DNA from: Eledone cirrhosa
Lineage: Eukaryota
Reading direction: 5' to 3'
NCBI GenBank assembly: GCA_964016885.1
Contig: OZ024741.1
Span: forward strand, 75,330,001 to 75,394,000
DNA: 64,000 nt
The notes beneath the pieces were generated by a model that ran no database searches, was not told the DNA's origin, and saw only the letters and a program-made list of their open reading frames with translations. Made by a program: the position numbers and the translations under genes. Below are positions 27,260 through 44,721 of this stretch, one piece after another (position 1 is the stretch's first letter; each line of letters begins with the position of its first letter).

Positions 27260-27308
27260 GTGTCACTGATGAAAGATCAATAAATCTTGAAACAGAGCTA
27301 TCTGATAT
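27260..27308 (+). ncRNA. Compact type I hammerhead ribozyme motif
   Basis: gtgtca CTGATGA aagat caataa atctt GAAA cagagcta TC tgatat; one mismatch in stem III. Confidence 0.65.
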
Positions 27309-28147
27309 TTCCAGAACATACTGGCAACTCAGATATATTCACAGTGGAAAATAGAGAAAAATGAATTCTTTTTGTTGTATATATAATGTGTGTGTGTGTG
27401 TGTGTATAGATATATATGTATGTATGTATATGTTGATCTTTTCTTCTTTTCGGGTTATAGCTACTGTTGCTCAGAGAGTGGGATTGTCTCAGTGCACAGT
27501 CTTTCCTCACTTAAAAAAAAAATCTTCACGCACAGGCATTGCACGATAGAATTAATTAATAATTATTAATAATGTTATATCATGCAATGGCCATACTCGA
27601 TAACGAGGGGGCAGCCATCATGCATGTATGTATGTATGTATGTATGTATGTATGTATGTATGTATGTATGTATGTTATGTATGTATGTATGTATGTATGT
27701 ATGTATACACACACGCATACTTACACATATATATGTGTGTGTGTCTGTATGTATATATATATATAATATCCATATGTAGTTGATGGCCAGGAGAAAAGAG
27801 TATTCAATACTGAAATAGAGTTTTAATATTCATTTTATTGAGGCTAAATAGTTAGTCTTGTTACTCTTCAATAAATGTCCTTGTCTGATGACTCTGTGAG
27901 TAACAAGACTCACTATTTAGCCTTAATAAATAGAAATAGTAAAATTAAAAAATAATTTGGTTAACCTTAAGTCCGAGATCATCAGGGCTTGCAGGCACCA
28001 CCAGAATTGTACTTTGTCTGCACTGAATTTTCCTGGATAGGAGCTTGATGAATGGTTGGTGCATGCACACAATAGAGGCAGGGCCCATATGCACAATGGG
28101 GCACCCGGCAGTTTGCTGAACACCTGAGCTGTCCTTTGGGCCCACTT

Positions 28148-28390
28148 TGCATGCACTAATTAGCATCTCTTTCAACGAACACATTCATGGAGTCTTTTAC
28201 ACATATCTACTACGGAACAGTACATAACATCGTATACAATGTAAAACGCACACGTAAGTAAATACACACTGCATGCACAAATTAGCATTTATTTGAACGA
28301 ACATATGCATGGGGGACTTCAATAGCTATCTACTACGAAGCAAAACATAAAATCTTACACATTGTGTAACGTACGCGTAGGTAAACACAC
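28148..28390. repeat. Two diverged ~122-bp tandem units
   Basis: Both begin tgcatgcac.aattagcat and share aacgaaca, tatctactacg, gtaaa.acac. Confidence 0.75.
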
Positions 28391-28782
28391 ACTTACACAA
28401 TCACAACTTATGGGCACATATCCAACTTATTCATCTATCCTTGATTTCGGAATATAACTTTCTGTAGTCCGCTATCTCATCTCTGCGGACAATCTATTAA
28501 CCATCCACCTATTCTATTTGAATAATCTTAACTTTCACTACTCTTGTCGTATCTCCACCTGATATATATTATATTCTGTTAAAATGTATCATGTTTTCCT
28601 TATAACACGATAGTATGTCCATGTGATGCATTTTACTCATATGTGTGTCTGTATGGTTGTATGTGTACATTTGCATGCGTGTGTATATATATGTGTGTGT
28701 GTGTGTGTTTGGGTTGGATAGTGAATATTTGTTTATGTATTTGTGTAGTTGTGTGTGTATATATATGTATATATATATATAT

Positions 28783-29229
28783 ACTAGACCTGAAAATGCG
28801 CAGGCTCAAAAGAGCTACAGAATGTTATAATGAACCTTCAAAAGTGTGGGACTAGAGTTGTTGCTCAAAAATATTGTAATCATTATCTATCGTACACTCT
28901 GTGGCATCCTTTTATAAAAAAAAGAGACTCATAACGAACTCAAGACGACACGATAATTATTTAAGCTAATGTTCAATATCTCATATTAGATGTTTAGTAA
29001 TGATTAATACGAAATGCACTTAAACCGAATTCTATATTATAAATTCACTTAAATAATTATCGTGTCGTCTTGAGTTCGTTATGAGTCTCTTTTTTATAAA
29101 AGGATGCCACAGAGTGTACGATAGATAATGATTACAATATTTTTGAGCAACAACTCTAGTCCCACACCTTTGTAGGTTTATTATAACATTCTGTGGCTCT
29201 TTTGAGCTTGCGCATTTTTCAGGTCTAGT
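28783..29229. mobile_element. Fold-back element with ACTAG...CTAGT termini (Helitron/Helentron-like or MITE)
   Basis: ~183-bp inverted arms 28783-28965 and 29048-29229, ~82-bp spacer; class uncertain. Confidence 0.6.
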
Positions 29230-29948
29230 TTAATATTTTTTAAAGGCAAAGCTTGTAATAACTCTAGTTAAACATGATATATATTAATAATAAATTATTA
29301 ATTATCGTTGTAATGTAATTAGATTATATAATTGTTATTTTATAAATGATTTTGTAACGGAATTGTAAGATGTATAAAAATATTTTCAGACTTTTAATAT
29401 AAACAACTACAAAATTAAATAAATATATTTTACATAATAATTGTTATAGTTGAATTAATAAAAATTAAATATTACATACAAATAGTCTAACATAATAATT
29501 AAAAAATAATCTAACATAAAACGAACAATAATATGGATAAATATACAAGTAAATATGATACAACCAATATAATAAGCATGTTATAACGAACTAAAAAAAA
29601 ATAGTTAATATAAATTTTAAAAAATCATATATAAATTAACAATATAACTTACCAAAACGAGAAAAATATTTTGATGCTAAACGACGAAATACAGGAGGAA
29701 GATTCGAAAACGAAACGATAAATAAACGTGCAAACAAAATAGCGGATGCTTTTGAGTAACAATTACTCTCGTTGGTTGATTAGCCAATAAGACGATCAAA
29801 TTAGCCAATAAGATGATACATTACAAAACATGTTTAGCAGCGATCACCACGGCCAGCGAAACCCCTTGAATTTTTTATTCACAAGTTACGCATATATGTC
29901 AGACACGCAGACTTAAAACATTCTGTTGTTAGTCACTGCGTGTCTAAC

Positions 29949-29983
<35 letters not shown>

Positions 29984-30061
29984 TGTAGTAAGGTTGCTTG
30001 GATGCGTCCATAGGCGGTATGCCGGTTGAGCACTCAATGCATCACTGATACTTCGTTTTCC

Positions 30062-30134
<73 letters not shown>

Positions 30135-30884
30135 GTATTTATGTATATGTGAGTGTGTATATATGTAAGAGTATGTATGTGTCTTTGTGCATATGTACAT
30201 GTATGTACATGTGTGTGTGTGTGCACATATGTATATGTATGTGTATACGTGTGTATGCACATATATATGTATATTTGTATGGGTTTTGTTTTTATGTCTA
30301 TAATATATTGTTCCACTTTTTTGTTTTATTTTATCTCCTTATAGGCTATATCGTAGTCAGCATTGGTCCTTACCCCCTATTTTTATTTTTTATTTTTTTA
30401 TCTATTTTATATTCTATATCTTAACTCCCTCACCCCTTACTTTTCACTACCAATGCATTCTCGTATTGCCTTATCTCCTTAATGATGACTTCAAACAATG
30501 TGCCAGTGGGAGCCAGACAGAAGGGTCGACACACATGGATACGCGCAACGATTTCACCAGGATGGTGAGAATAGCTGCTAATTTATAAAGAGACCCCCGC
30601 CGTTATCTGACCGAAAATAAACCAATGAGCAAATATGGTGGAATACCACTATGATAGATTGTGAGCTAACTTATAAGAAGGATTTGGGAAAATATTCATA
30701 CACTCTCAGGTGCAAACCTACATATTAAAACAAACCTGATGAGCTTCCGATTCAAGAGTCAGGTTCCATCAGTAATAGATCGTTCCTCAAGCTGTAATAT
30801 GTAATTAAATATGGATATGATGCACACTGATTCTTTGTTCCCTTATATATTAATACTATATATATATCATATATATATATATAT

Positions 30885-31262
30885 GAAGGCACATGGCTTA
30901 GTGGTTAGAGCATTGGGCTTGCAATCGAAAGGTTGTTAGTTCAATTCTCAGACCGGGTGATGTGTTGTTTCCTTGAGTAAGACACTTTATTTGACATTGC
31001 TCAGCTGTAGAAATGGGCTGATAGGACTGGGGTCCCTATCATTCCACTGCAAAGTGGTCGTGGAGGTGCCACAGCAAAAAAGCACCCAGCACTCACTGCA
31101 AATGAGGTTGGTGTTAGGAAGTGCATCCAGCTGTAGAAACCAAGCCAGAATCAGTTCCCGTATGAACAAGACAAGGTCAGCTGACCGGACACTGCCCACA
31201 ACAGGACAACCCATCTGACCCTTGCTAGCGTGGAAGAACGGACGTAAAACGGTGATGATGAT
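30885..31262 (+). mobile_element. CORE-SINE with RTE-type tail
   Basis: Same head, CORE and tail as 3497-3885; one internal repeat unit; follows (TA)n. Confidence 0.85.
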
Positions 31263-31565
31263 ATATATTAGCCAAATAAAGATATATATATATTTACAGA
31301 GAGAAAAAGAGCCATATATTGCAAATAAAGAGATATATCTATATACAGAGAGAGAAAGAGGCATATATTTCACAAGAAACACAGTATATTGTATATATAC
31401 CAAATACATATTCTATAGAAGAATACAATTCTACCTGTGTACATATTCTTCTATAGAATATGTATTTGGTATATATACAATAATCTGTGTTTCTTGTGTG
31501 ATATATGGCTCTTTCTCTCTCAGTATATACATATATCTCTTTATGTGGTTGATATGGTGCTAGAT

Positions 31566-32012
31566 AAAGCATGGGGTCTCTATCATTCCACTGCAAAGTG
31601 GTCGTGGAGGTGCCACGGAAAAAAGCACCCAGCCCACACTGTAAAGTGGTCGTGTAGGCGCCACGGAAAAAAAGCACCCAGCACTCACTGTAAATGAGGT
31701 TAGTGTTATGAAGGGCATCCAGCTGTAGAAATCAAGCCAGAATTAGTTCCCGTCCCACCCTTGCAAGCAGGGAAAAGCAGACGTAAAATGATGATGATGA
31801 TGATTATATACATATATCATCATCATCATCATCATCATCATCATCGTTTAACGTCCATCTTCCATGCTTGCATGGGTTTGGCCGGGAGTTTTCCCACTTG
31901 AGCAAGATTGGTTGTCCTGCTCGTATAGGACTGTCTGGCGGGTTTTCTACGGCTGGATGCCCTTCCTAACACCAACCAAGTTTACAGTGTGGACTGGGAG
32001 GTTTTTACCGTG
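31566..32012. mobile_element. Tail-to-tail pair: SINE 3' half (+, 31566-31805) and RTE 3' UTR fragment (-, 31817-32012)
   Basis: (TGA)n-(TA)-(CAT)n junction at ~31788-31845. Confidence 0.75.
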
Positions 32013-32610
32013 TATATATATGTATATAATATAATATAAGAACACAAAAGAGAGAAGAAACACCTCACTAAAATTTATAAACAAAAGATATGGTTTATTG
32101 TTCGTCATTCAAACCAGTCTTTACAAATACCCACAGGTTTTATATAGCAGTGATTCCAACATCCGTAATATTTACATTTTATGGAATAGCAGTAATTGTA
32201 ATTTGTAATTTGTAATTGTAAATTGTATTGTAATTTGTGTATACAATCACAATGTATACTCCACAGTACAATCTAAAGGTCATGCAGTAACCATTGTCTC
32301 ACTAAAGTACATTAGAAAATTATAGAACATATATTTCATAGAAGGTTTTGTCATTGTATATATGTCCATACATCATACACATATAATTATAAACTTACTT
32401 ATCCACAATACATGCACACATTACATAGTGTTGGAGTCATGACAAAAAGCACCCAGCACACTGTAAGAGTGATTGGTGTTAGGAAGTGCATCCAGCCATT
32501 GAAACCAAGCCAGAAAAATTTCTGTGTGAGCAAGATCAAATGGGACAACCTGTCTAACCCATGCTAGCATGGAAAAATCGGCATTAAACAATGATGATGA
32601 TTATATAAAT

Positions 32611-32641
<31 letters not shown>

Positions 32642-32818
32642 CAGAGAGAAAGAGAGAGAAAAATAAGTACAATCCCGACCACTTGGCATTGTGGTCAGGT
32701 TATTCCTATCTCTATATCTACTCTACATCTCATTAGTCATTGAGTACTCTCATGATTTGTGGTTACCTCTGTCTCAGCACTGCAGACTCTCTCATACTCT
32801 CTTGCTCTCTCTCTCTTG

Positions 32819-32922
<104 letters not shown>

Positions 32923-33127
32923 CTGTCATTTCTATAATACGAAGAGGGTGTTTGACTCAAACACGCTCCAGTATTCTAATCCTTATATATATATATATAT
33001 ATGTTTATATATATGTATATGTATATATATATGTATATATATTTATATATATACGAGTATATATTTATATACGAGTATATATTTATATATATGTATATAT
33101 ATATGTATATATATTTATATATATACG

Positions 33128-35289
<2,162 letters not shown>

Positions 35290-35290
35290 T

Positions 35291-35384
<94 letters not shown>

Positions 35385-35386
<2 letters not shown>

Positions 35387-35727
35387 CATCATCATCATCA
35401 TCAACGTTTAACGTCCGTGTTCCACGCTTGCATGGGTTTGGACGGGGGTAGTCCCACTTGAGGCAAGAGTGATTGTCTTGCTCGCATAGGACTGTCTGGC
35501 AGGTTTTCTACAGTTGGATGCCCTTCCTAACACCAACCACATTTACAGTGTGGGTCTGGGAGGTTTTTACCGTGTTGCCTACACGGCCACATTACAGCGT
35601 GGACTGTGTGTTGTTTTGTCATGACACCTACACGATCTCATTTGTTTCGCCCGGATGTTGTGGCACCAACATAACTTTACATAAGAAGGCTGGGTGGATG
35701 GGGGGGTGGGTGGTGGGACGAGGGTGT
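35385..35727 (-). mobile_element. Inverted RTE 3' UTR fragment
   Basis: Reverse complement of ~34842-35182. Confidence 0.9.
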
Positions 35728-35751
35728 ATAAATATATATAAATATATATAC

Positions 35752-35808
<57 letters not shown>

Positions 35809-35833
35809 CATATATATATACATATATATATAT

Positions 35834-38428
35834 AAAAAGCTTATTACTTGATGCTTTGACAATAAGGAAGAGCAATTAGAGATGTGCGATATAGAGGAAC
35901 AGTGGCAATTCTTGAAAGTGAACCTGCTGAAAGCAACAGATGAAATCTGTGGCTGGAGCAGACCTATTGGCAGGAGGAGAGTAACTTGGTGGTGGAACAG
36001 TAGGGTAGAAGAGACAATCAAGGCCAAAAAGCAGGCTTGGAAAGTATGGCAGGATGGGGGAAGTAGAGAGCACTATCAAGAGGCCAGGAGAAAAGCTAGG
36101 AAACAAGTGTACCTTGCAAAAAGGGAAGCAGAGGATAGAAAGTTCAAGCATGTTCTACAATGTGAGGACCAAAAACGCGAGGTGTTCAGGATTGTTAGAC
36201 AATGTGTCAATGAAAACCATGATATTGTCGGGGAGAAGTGTGTCCGTAATGATAACGGTGTACTTGCCCTCACTGATGCTGATAAGAAGATAGCCTGGAA
36301 GTGTCACTACGAGAGACTATTAAATGAGGAGAATAAGTGGGAAAAAGATAGTCTGCCCCAAATCGATCCAATAGAAGGACCATCGGGGCAAGTTAAAGGT
36401 AGTATAATAAGTAAGGCAATCAAAGATGTGAAGACAGGCAAGGCAGCTGGGCCTTCGGAGATAGTTGCTGAGATGTTGAAGGCATCTGGAATGGTGGGAC
36501 ATACTATGGTCACCCGTATAGTTAACCATGTAATACACAATGGGGTCATACCAAAAGACTGGCGTAGCAGCATCATCATTAACTGCTACAAGGGTAAAGG
36601 TGATGCTCTAGATAGAGGAAACTATAGAGGCAATAAGTTAGTTGACCAGGTCATGAAGGTCACAGAAAGAGTTACAGCGCAACTAATCAGAGAGCGAATT
36701 GATCTAGATGAAATACAGTTTGGGTTTGTGTCAGGTAAAAGTACCGCAGACGCTCTTTTCATTGTACGACAACTACAAGAGAAGTACCTAGCTAAAAGTA
36801 AAGCCCTCTACTTAGCTTTGGTAGACCTGGAAAAAACCTTTGACAGAGTCCCCCGATCCATTATCTGGTGGGCTCTTAGAAAACTAGGTGTGGATGAATG
36901 GCTTGTGAGAGCTATACAAGCTATGTATAATGAAACAGTCAGTAAGGTTAGAATTAACAATGAATATTGTGAAGAATTTAGTGTAAAAGTTGGTGTTCAT
37001 CAAGGCTCTGTACTTAGCCCCCTCCTATTTATTATTGCCCTTCAAGCTATAACAGAGGAGTTCAAGACTGGCTGCCCATGGGAACTTCTATACGCAGATG
37101 ATCTAACGGGCATAGCTGAATCAATGGCTGAACTAGAAAAGAAATTCCAAACATGGAAGCATGACCTAGAATCAAAAGGCCTTAAAGTTAACTTGTCTAA
37201 GACTAAAGTCCTAGTTTGTAGAAAGGAAAATAAGGCACAGGTACCCTCAGGGAAATGGCCTTGCTGAGTGTGTAGGAAACGAATAGGCAGAAACTCAATT
37301 TTATGTCCTAAATGCAAAGTATGGGTACATAAAAGATGTAGTGGGATCACAGGTAAACTATATAAGAACGTAGACTTTATATGTGGCCGATGCTCAGGTG
37401 CAATAAGTAGCAAATGTCCACAGGATACTAACCCCTTCTACTGCCCAGATGGTTCTATAGAAATAGTAGACACTTTCCATTACCTGGGTGACAAAATCAG
37501 CAGTGGTGAAGGGTGTTCTGAAAGTACAGTAGCCAGAGGCAGAATGGGGTGGAAAAAGTTCAGAGAGCTTATACCGCTGTTGGCCACAAAAGATTTCTCT
37601 CTAAAAATGAAAGGCAGATTGTATGATGCTTGTATACGAACAGCAATGCTACATGGCAGTGAGACATGGGCATTGCGTGCAGGGGACGTGCGTAGACTGG
37701 AAAGGAATGAAGCATGCATGCTCCATTGGATGTGTAATAGTAATATACGTGAACGGCAAAACATAAATGAACTAAGTGAGAAATTAGAAATAAGAGGGAT
37801 CAGACGCTGTTTACTCGAAAGAAGAATACGCTGTATAAAAAAGTGCAGGGCAATCAAAATTGATGGTAGTTACGGAGTAGGTAGACCCAGAAAAACCTGG
37901 GACGAACTGATAGATTCCGACCTTACACACTTGCACCTCTCTAAGACAATGTCACTGGACCGAGATCTTTGGCGCTACGCAGTAATACAGAAGACCCGCC
38001 TTGCCTATGTACAAAGCGAAACCTACTGTCAGTAGGCACCTCTTAACCAAATATACACCCCAATCCACTACCCCTACCCTATCCTCCCACTCCCACCAAC
38101 ACCACCCTCTCTCTATAAAGTTGGTACCACAACATTCAGAACAAATAAATGAAATAAATGAGATCGAGATCGTGTAGGTGTCACGAGAAAAAAACACACA
38201 GTCCACGCTGTCATGTGGCCGTTTAAGTAACATGGTAAAAAGTTCCCAGTTCCCCACTGTAAATGTGGTTGGTGTTAGGAAGGGCATCCAGCCGTAGAAA
38301 ACCTGCCAGATAGTCCTATATGAGCGAGACACGATCACCCGACCAGCCTTGCCTCAAGTGGGCAACTCCCGTCTAACCCATGCTAGCGTGGAAAATGGAC
38401 GTTAAACGAAGATGATGATGATGATGAT
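35834..38428 (+). mobile_element. 5'-truncated RTE LINE, copy B (pseudogenised)
   Basis: ORFs 35882-37267 and 37268-38035 split by a stop; deletion of [12 protein letters not shown] near 37829; (TGA)n tail. Confidence 0.95.
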
Positions 38429-38689
38429 ATATATATATGTAGAGGTTATATTTAATTTGTTGGGATTCAACAAGCTTAAATTTGTTTATAACTGATATAA
38501 AGCACTCAACAAGTTAGTGGAGTAAATACACAATATATTAATAAATGGAAACTATATTTATAAAACCATATTTATTTTATTATACACATTTCAAGAACAA
38601 CCAAGACAAATTATGGTGTCCTTTCATCAGATAAAATACAGGTTGTCTTTTTTCCAGGTAGGTCAATATTTATTTATAAAGCAAATCTG

Positions 38690-38755
38690 TATTTTATCTG
38701 ATGAAAGGGCACCATAATTTGCCTTGGTTGCTCTTGAAATATGTTTAATAAAATA
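38690..38755 (+). ncRNA. Minimal type I hammerhead motif in a fold-back element
   Basis: tattttat CTGATGA aagggca...tgctctt GAAA tatgtt TA ataaaata; inverted copy at ~38573-38640. Confidence 0.7.
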
Positions 38756-38856
38756 AATATGGTTTTATAAATATAGTTTCCATTTATTGATATATTGTAT
38801 ATATATATTTGCAAGCAGGGAAAAAGCGGACGTAAAATGAAATGAAATGAAATGAA

Positions 38857-41453
<2,597 letters not shown>

Positions 41454-41782
41454 TATATATATATATCATCTCCATTATCATCATTATCATCGTTTAACAT
41501 CATATTCTCCATGTTGCATGGGTCAGATGGAGCGTCCACGTTATGAGGGAAGTTTGGCCAGTTAGTCGTGGCATACCTTGCTCATATAGAACTGTATTTT
41601 GGCTGGGTTTTTTACAGCTAGATGCCCTTCTTAACACCAACCATGTATACAGTGTCAAACCGGGTGGTCCCATTATGAGAGCGGTTTGGTCAGTTGCTCA
41701 TGCCATACCTTGCTCAAAGTGACACCTGCGATTTGACTGGGTTTTACAACTACTGGATGCACTTCCTTACAGTAATATATGT

Positions 41783-41837
<55 letters not shown>

Positions 41838-41846
<9 letters not shown>

Positions 41847-41975
41847 TAAAATAACAGATTAAAGTTTAAGCAAAGAATCGCTGCTTTCACCCTTAACGGG
41901 ATCTTCAGAAGTTCCCGTTAAGGATGAAAGCAGCGATTCTTTGCTTAAACTTTAATCCGTTATTTTAATAAATAT
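41838..41975. repeat. Near-perfect ~68-bp-arm hairpin carrying a partial hammerhead core
   Basis: Left arm read on minus strand: CTGAAGA t ccc gttaa ggg t GAAA gcagcgattc; related copy at ~21440-21550. Confidence 0.7.
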
Positions 41976-42061
41976 TTGCTCTAGGGTTCTTATATATTTG
42001 ATATATATTTATCCTTACCGAGCCCTCTTTGGATTTTAGTCTTCAAATTTATTATTATTAC

Positions 42062-42101
<40 letters not shown>

Positions 42102-43254
42102 TATAGATATAGTTATATGTGTGCGTGTGCGATGGATAAAATGGTTGTAAATCTTTGGGTGGTTGTGTAACTCAGCTTCTTGGTTTTGGAACTAGAGTGG
42201 AGTTGTAGTGTGAGTTTTAAAAATAGGGTGGGGGCATGTATGTATGTGTGCTGGGATGTACTTGCTGTGACATGTTTAGCATTAGGAAAGACATACAGCT
42301 GTAGACGCTATACCAAAATAGAACACATGAGTGTATCACAGTTATCTAACATGTCTGGTCTCAAAATATGACAACCCATCTAACCCATACACTCATGGAA
42401 AATAGATATAAAATGGTGAGGATGATCATATATGTGTGTGTATACATACATGAAGACAACCACCTTGTGATTGCGTATGGCTATCAAACAGCATCAGCTT
42501 GGGTCCTGTGGGTATTGTGAATGGATATGTGGGTATTGTGTTTTGCTATCAGGTCACGTATTTAGGCTATGGTCAACCATTCACATCATTCAAAGATCCC
42601 ATATTGACTGATGCCTGTGCATGAAGGTTTTTATAGTGAGAAAAGGCCCTAGACTAGACAAATCTCATTCACTGAACAACAATAGCTATAATCTGAAAAG
42701 AAGAACAGATCAACATCATCGGTTACTAATGAGCTGCAGATTCTACATCAGAGTTCCCCTCTCATAGAGAGATACTCTAACAAAGACTAGGGTTCTCCAA
42801 CTCCCAGTGGGCTTACTGTGGACTCAGACACCATCTTCAGTATTTCCATGTCCCTGCACATAATATATGTATATGTATATATATGTATACATACTATTTT
42901 GGGATGGTTGTTGACTCTCTTCAGTTCCTATCCCTCTTGTCAGGTTTTGTTTTTCATCCTGCAGGGTGTCCACTACCACCCTCTTCACAGAAAACTTTGT
43001 TAAACAATTTCAAACCATAGATCTTGTATATCTGACAAATACCACCTTAGTTCCACTTGGTCCATGTGTGTGTGTGTGTGGAGTAGACAGTCCCTTCCCT
43101 CAAAGTGTGTACACCACGAAACACCCTCACCATTCTGACACCAACCTCAGAACAATCAAAACAATACTGACACCAAATCACAGACACCAAATGAAACCTC
43201 CCAGACATAGCAGTGACATCAGGTCACCTATGACAGTACTTGCTAGTGGGAGGG

Positions 43255-43785
43255 TTAGCTGGCTGGTTGAATGTAGGGCTCTGCTGAATGGCTGGCTGGA
43301 TGGTTGGATAGATGGTTGGATAGAAGGCTGGCTGGCTGGCTGGAAGGCTCAGCTGGTTAACTGGCTGGCTGGCTGGCTAGATGGTTATAAGGCTGGCTGG
43401 CTGGCTGGCTGGCTGGTTGATTGGTTGGATGTAAGGAAGGCTCAGCTGGTTAACTGGCTGGCTGGCTGGATGGTTATAAGGCTGGCTGGATGGATGGATG
43501 GTTGATTGGTTGGATGTAAGGAAGGTTCAGCTGGTTAACTGGCTGGATGGCTAGATGGTTAGAAGGCTGGCTGGCTGGCTGGGTGGTTGAATAGATGGAT
43601 GGATGAAAGGCTGAGTGGCTAGCTAGCTGGTTAAATGGAAGACTGGCTGGCTGGTTAATTGGATGGAAGACAAGATGGATGGATAGATGAAATGCTGGGA
43701 GGCTGGTTAGATGGCTGGATGGATGGATGGTTGAATGAACTGAAGGCTGTCTGAATGGCTAGCCGGCTAGCTGGCTGGATGTAAG
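43255..43785. repeat. (GGCT/GGAT)n satellite with higher-order repeat units
   Basis: aaggctcagctggttaactggctgg recurs three times among tetranucleotide runs. Confidence 0.85.
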
Positions 43786-44585
43786 ATCTGAAAATGTCTA
43801 ATATAAGCATTACATGTGTTATATTCCCCTGGGAATCTTACCAACCTACAGCTCATATAATACGAAGAAGCAATATAGCAATGAAAATGAAAATTCTTAA
43901 TTAAATTTCCACCTGAAAGATTGACATAAATCAAACTGAGTTTTGTTCAAAGATAAAAATATTTCCTTCTTGATGGAATAACCAAGCAGGCGATGTAATC
44001 TTTCATTTCAATTAACGATGAAAGAAACTCACAGTCGTTCTTCACTCCATAACTATTGATCTCTAACAGGGACACAGGCAGTGAAGTGGCAGAGTTGTTA
44101 GAATATTGTTCTGTGGTATTTGTTTGGCTCTCTGGGCTCTAAATTCAAATCCTGCTGAGGCCAGTTTTATCTTTCATCCTTTTGAGGTTGAAAAATAAAG
44201 TACCAGATCAATATTGGAGAATGTTTTTATTCTCTCTCTTCTTCTCCATCTTTCTCTGTCCTTCTCTTCCTCTCCAAGGTACAAGCTTGAGCAAGGCGTT
44301 TTGTGGAAGACCAGCAATTATCCACGCATGGAAGTCATTCATTATCACAACACCAATATATCCAAGGGAAAGGCAAAAGCTGATACAACTTGGCATCAGT
44401 GTTGTCACAAATCATATACACTATATACACACTATATATATGATGTTGTCTCAGGGAAAGACACAAGCTAATACAGCTTGGCACCAGTGTTGTCACAGAG
44501 TTATGACAGCTGAGTAGACTAGAGCAATGGGAAATATAGAAATTTTTCAAATACACAGAGTGCTGTTCGGTCCAGGAATCAAACT

Positions 44586-44721
44586 CACTACCTTATATAA
44601 TTGGTTCTACTTTTGGCACAAGGCCAGCAATTACCCCAGTGCATTACTGGTACTTTATTTTATCAACCCTGTAAGGATGAAAGGCAAAGTTAACCTCGGC
44701 GGTATTTGAACTCAGAACATA
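44586..44721 (-). mobile_element. Meta-domain SINE 3' part
   Basis: Reverse complement of the 19721 family; abuts the 5' end of RTE copy C. Confidence 0.8.

Noticed and set aside
30736-30800. CTGATGA gctt...aagc possible hammerhead
   Set aside because: No GAAA after stem II and no stem I.
32952-33127. N-terminal part of the 612-aa ORF
   Set aside because: Translation of (TA)n-type microsatellite; RTE homology starts at ~33128.
42966-43505. 179-aa WLAG-repeat ORF
   Set aside because: Produced by the (GGCT)n satellite.
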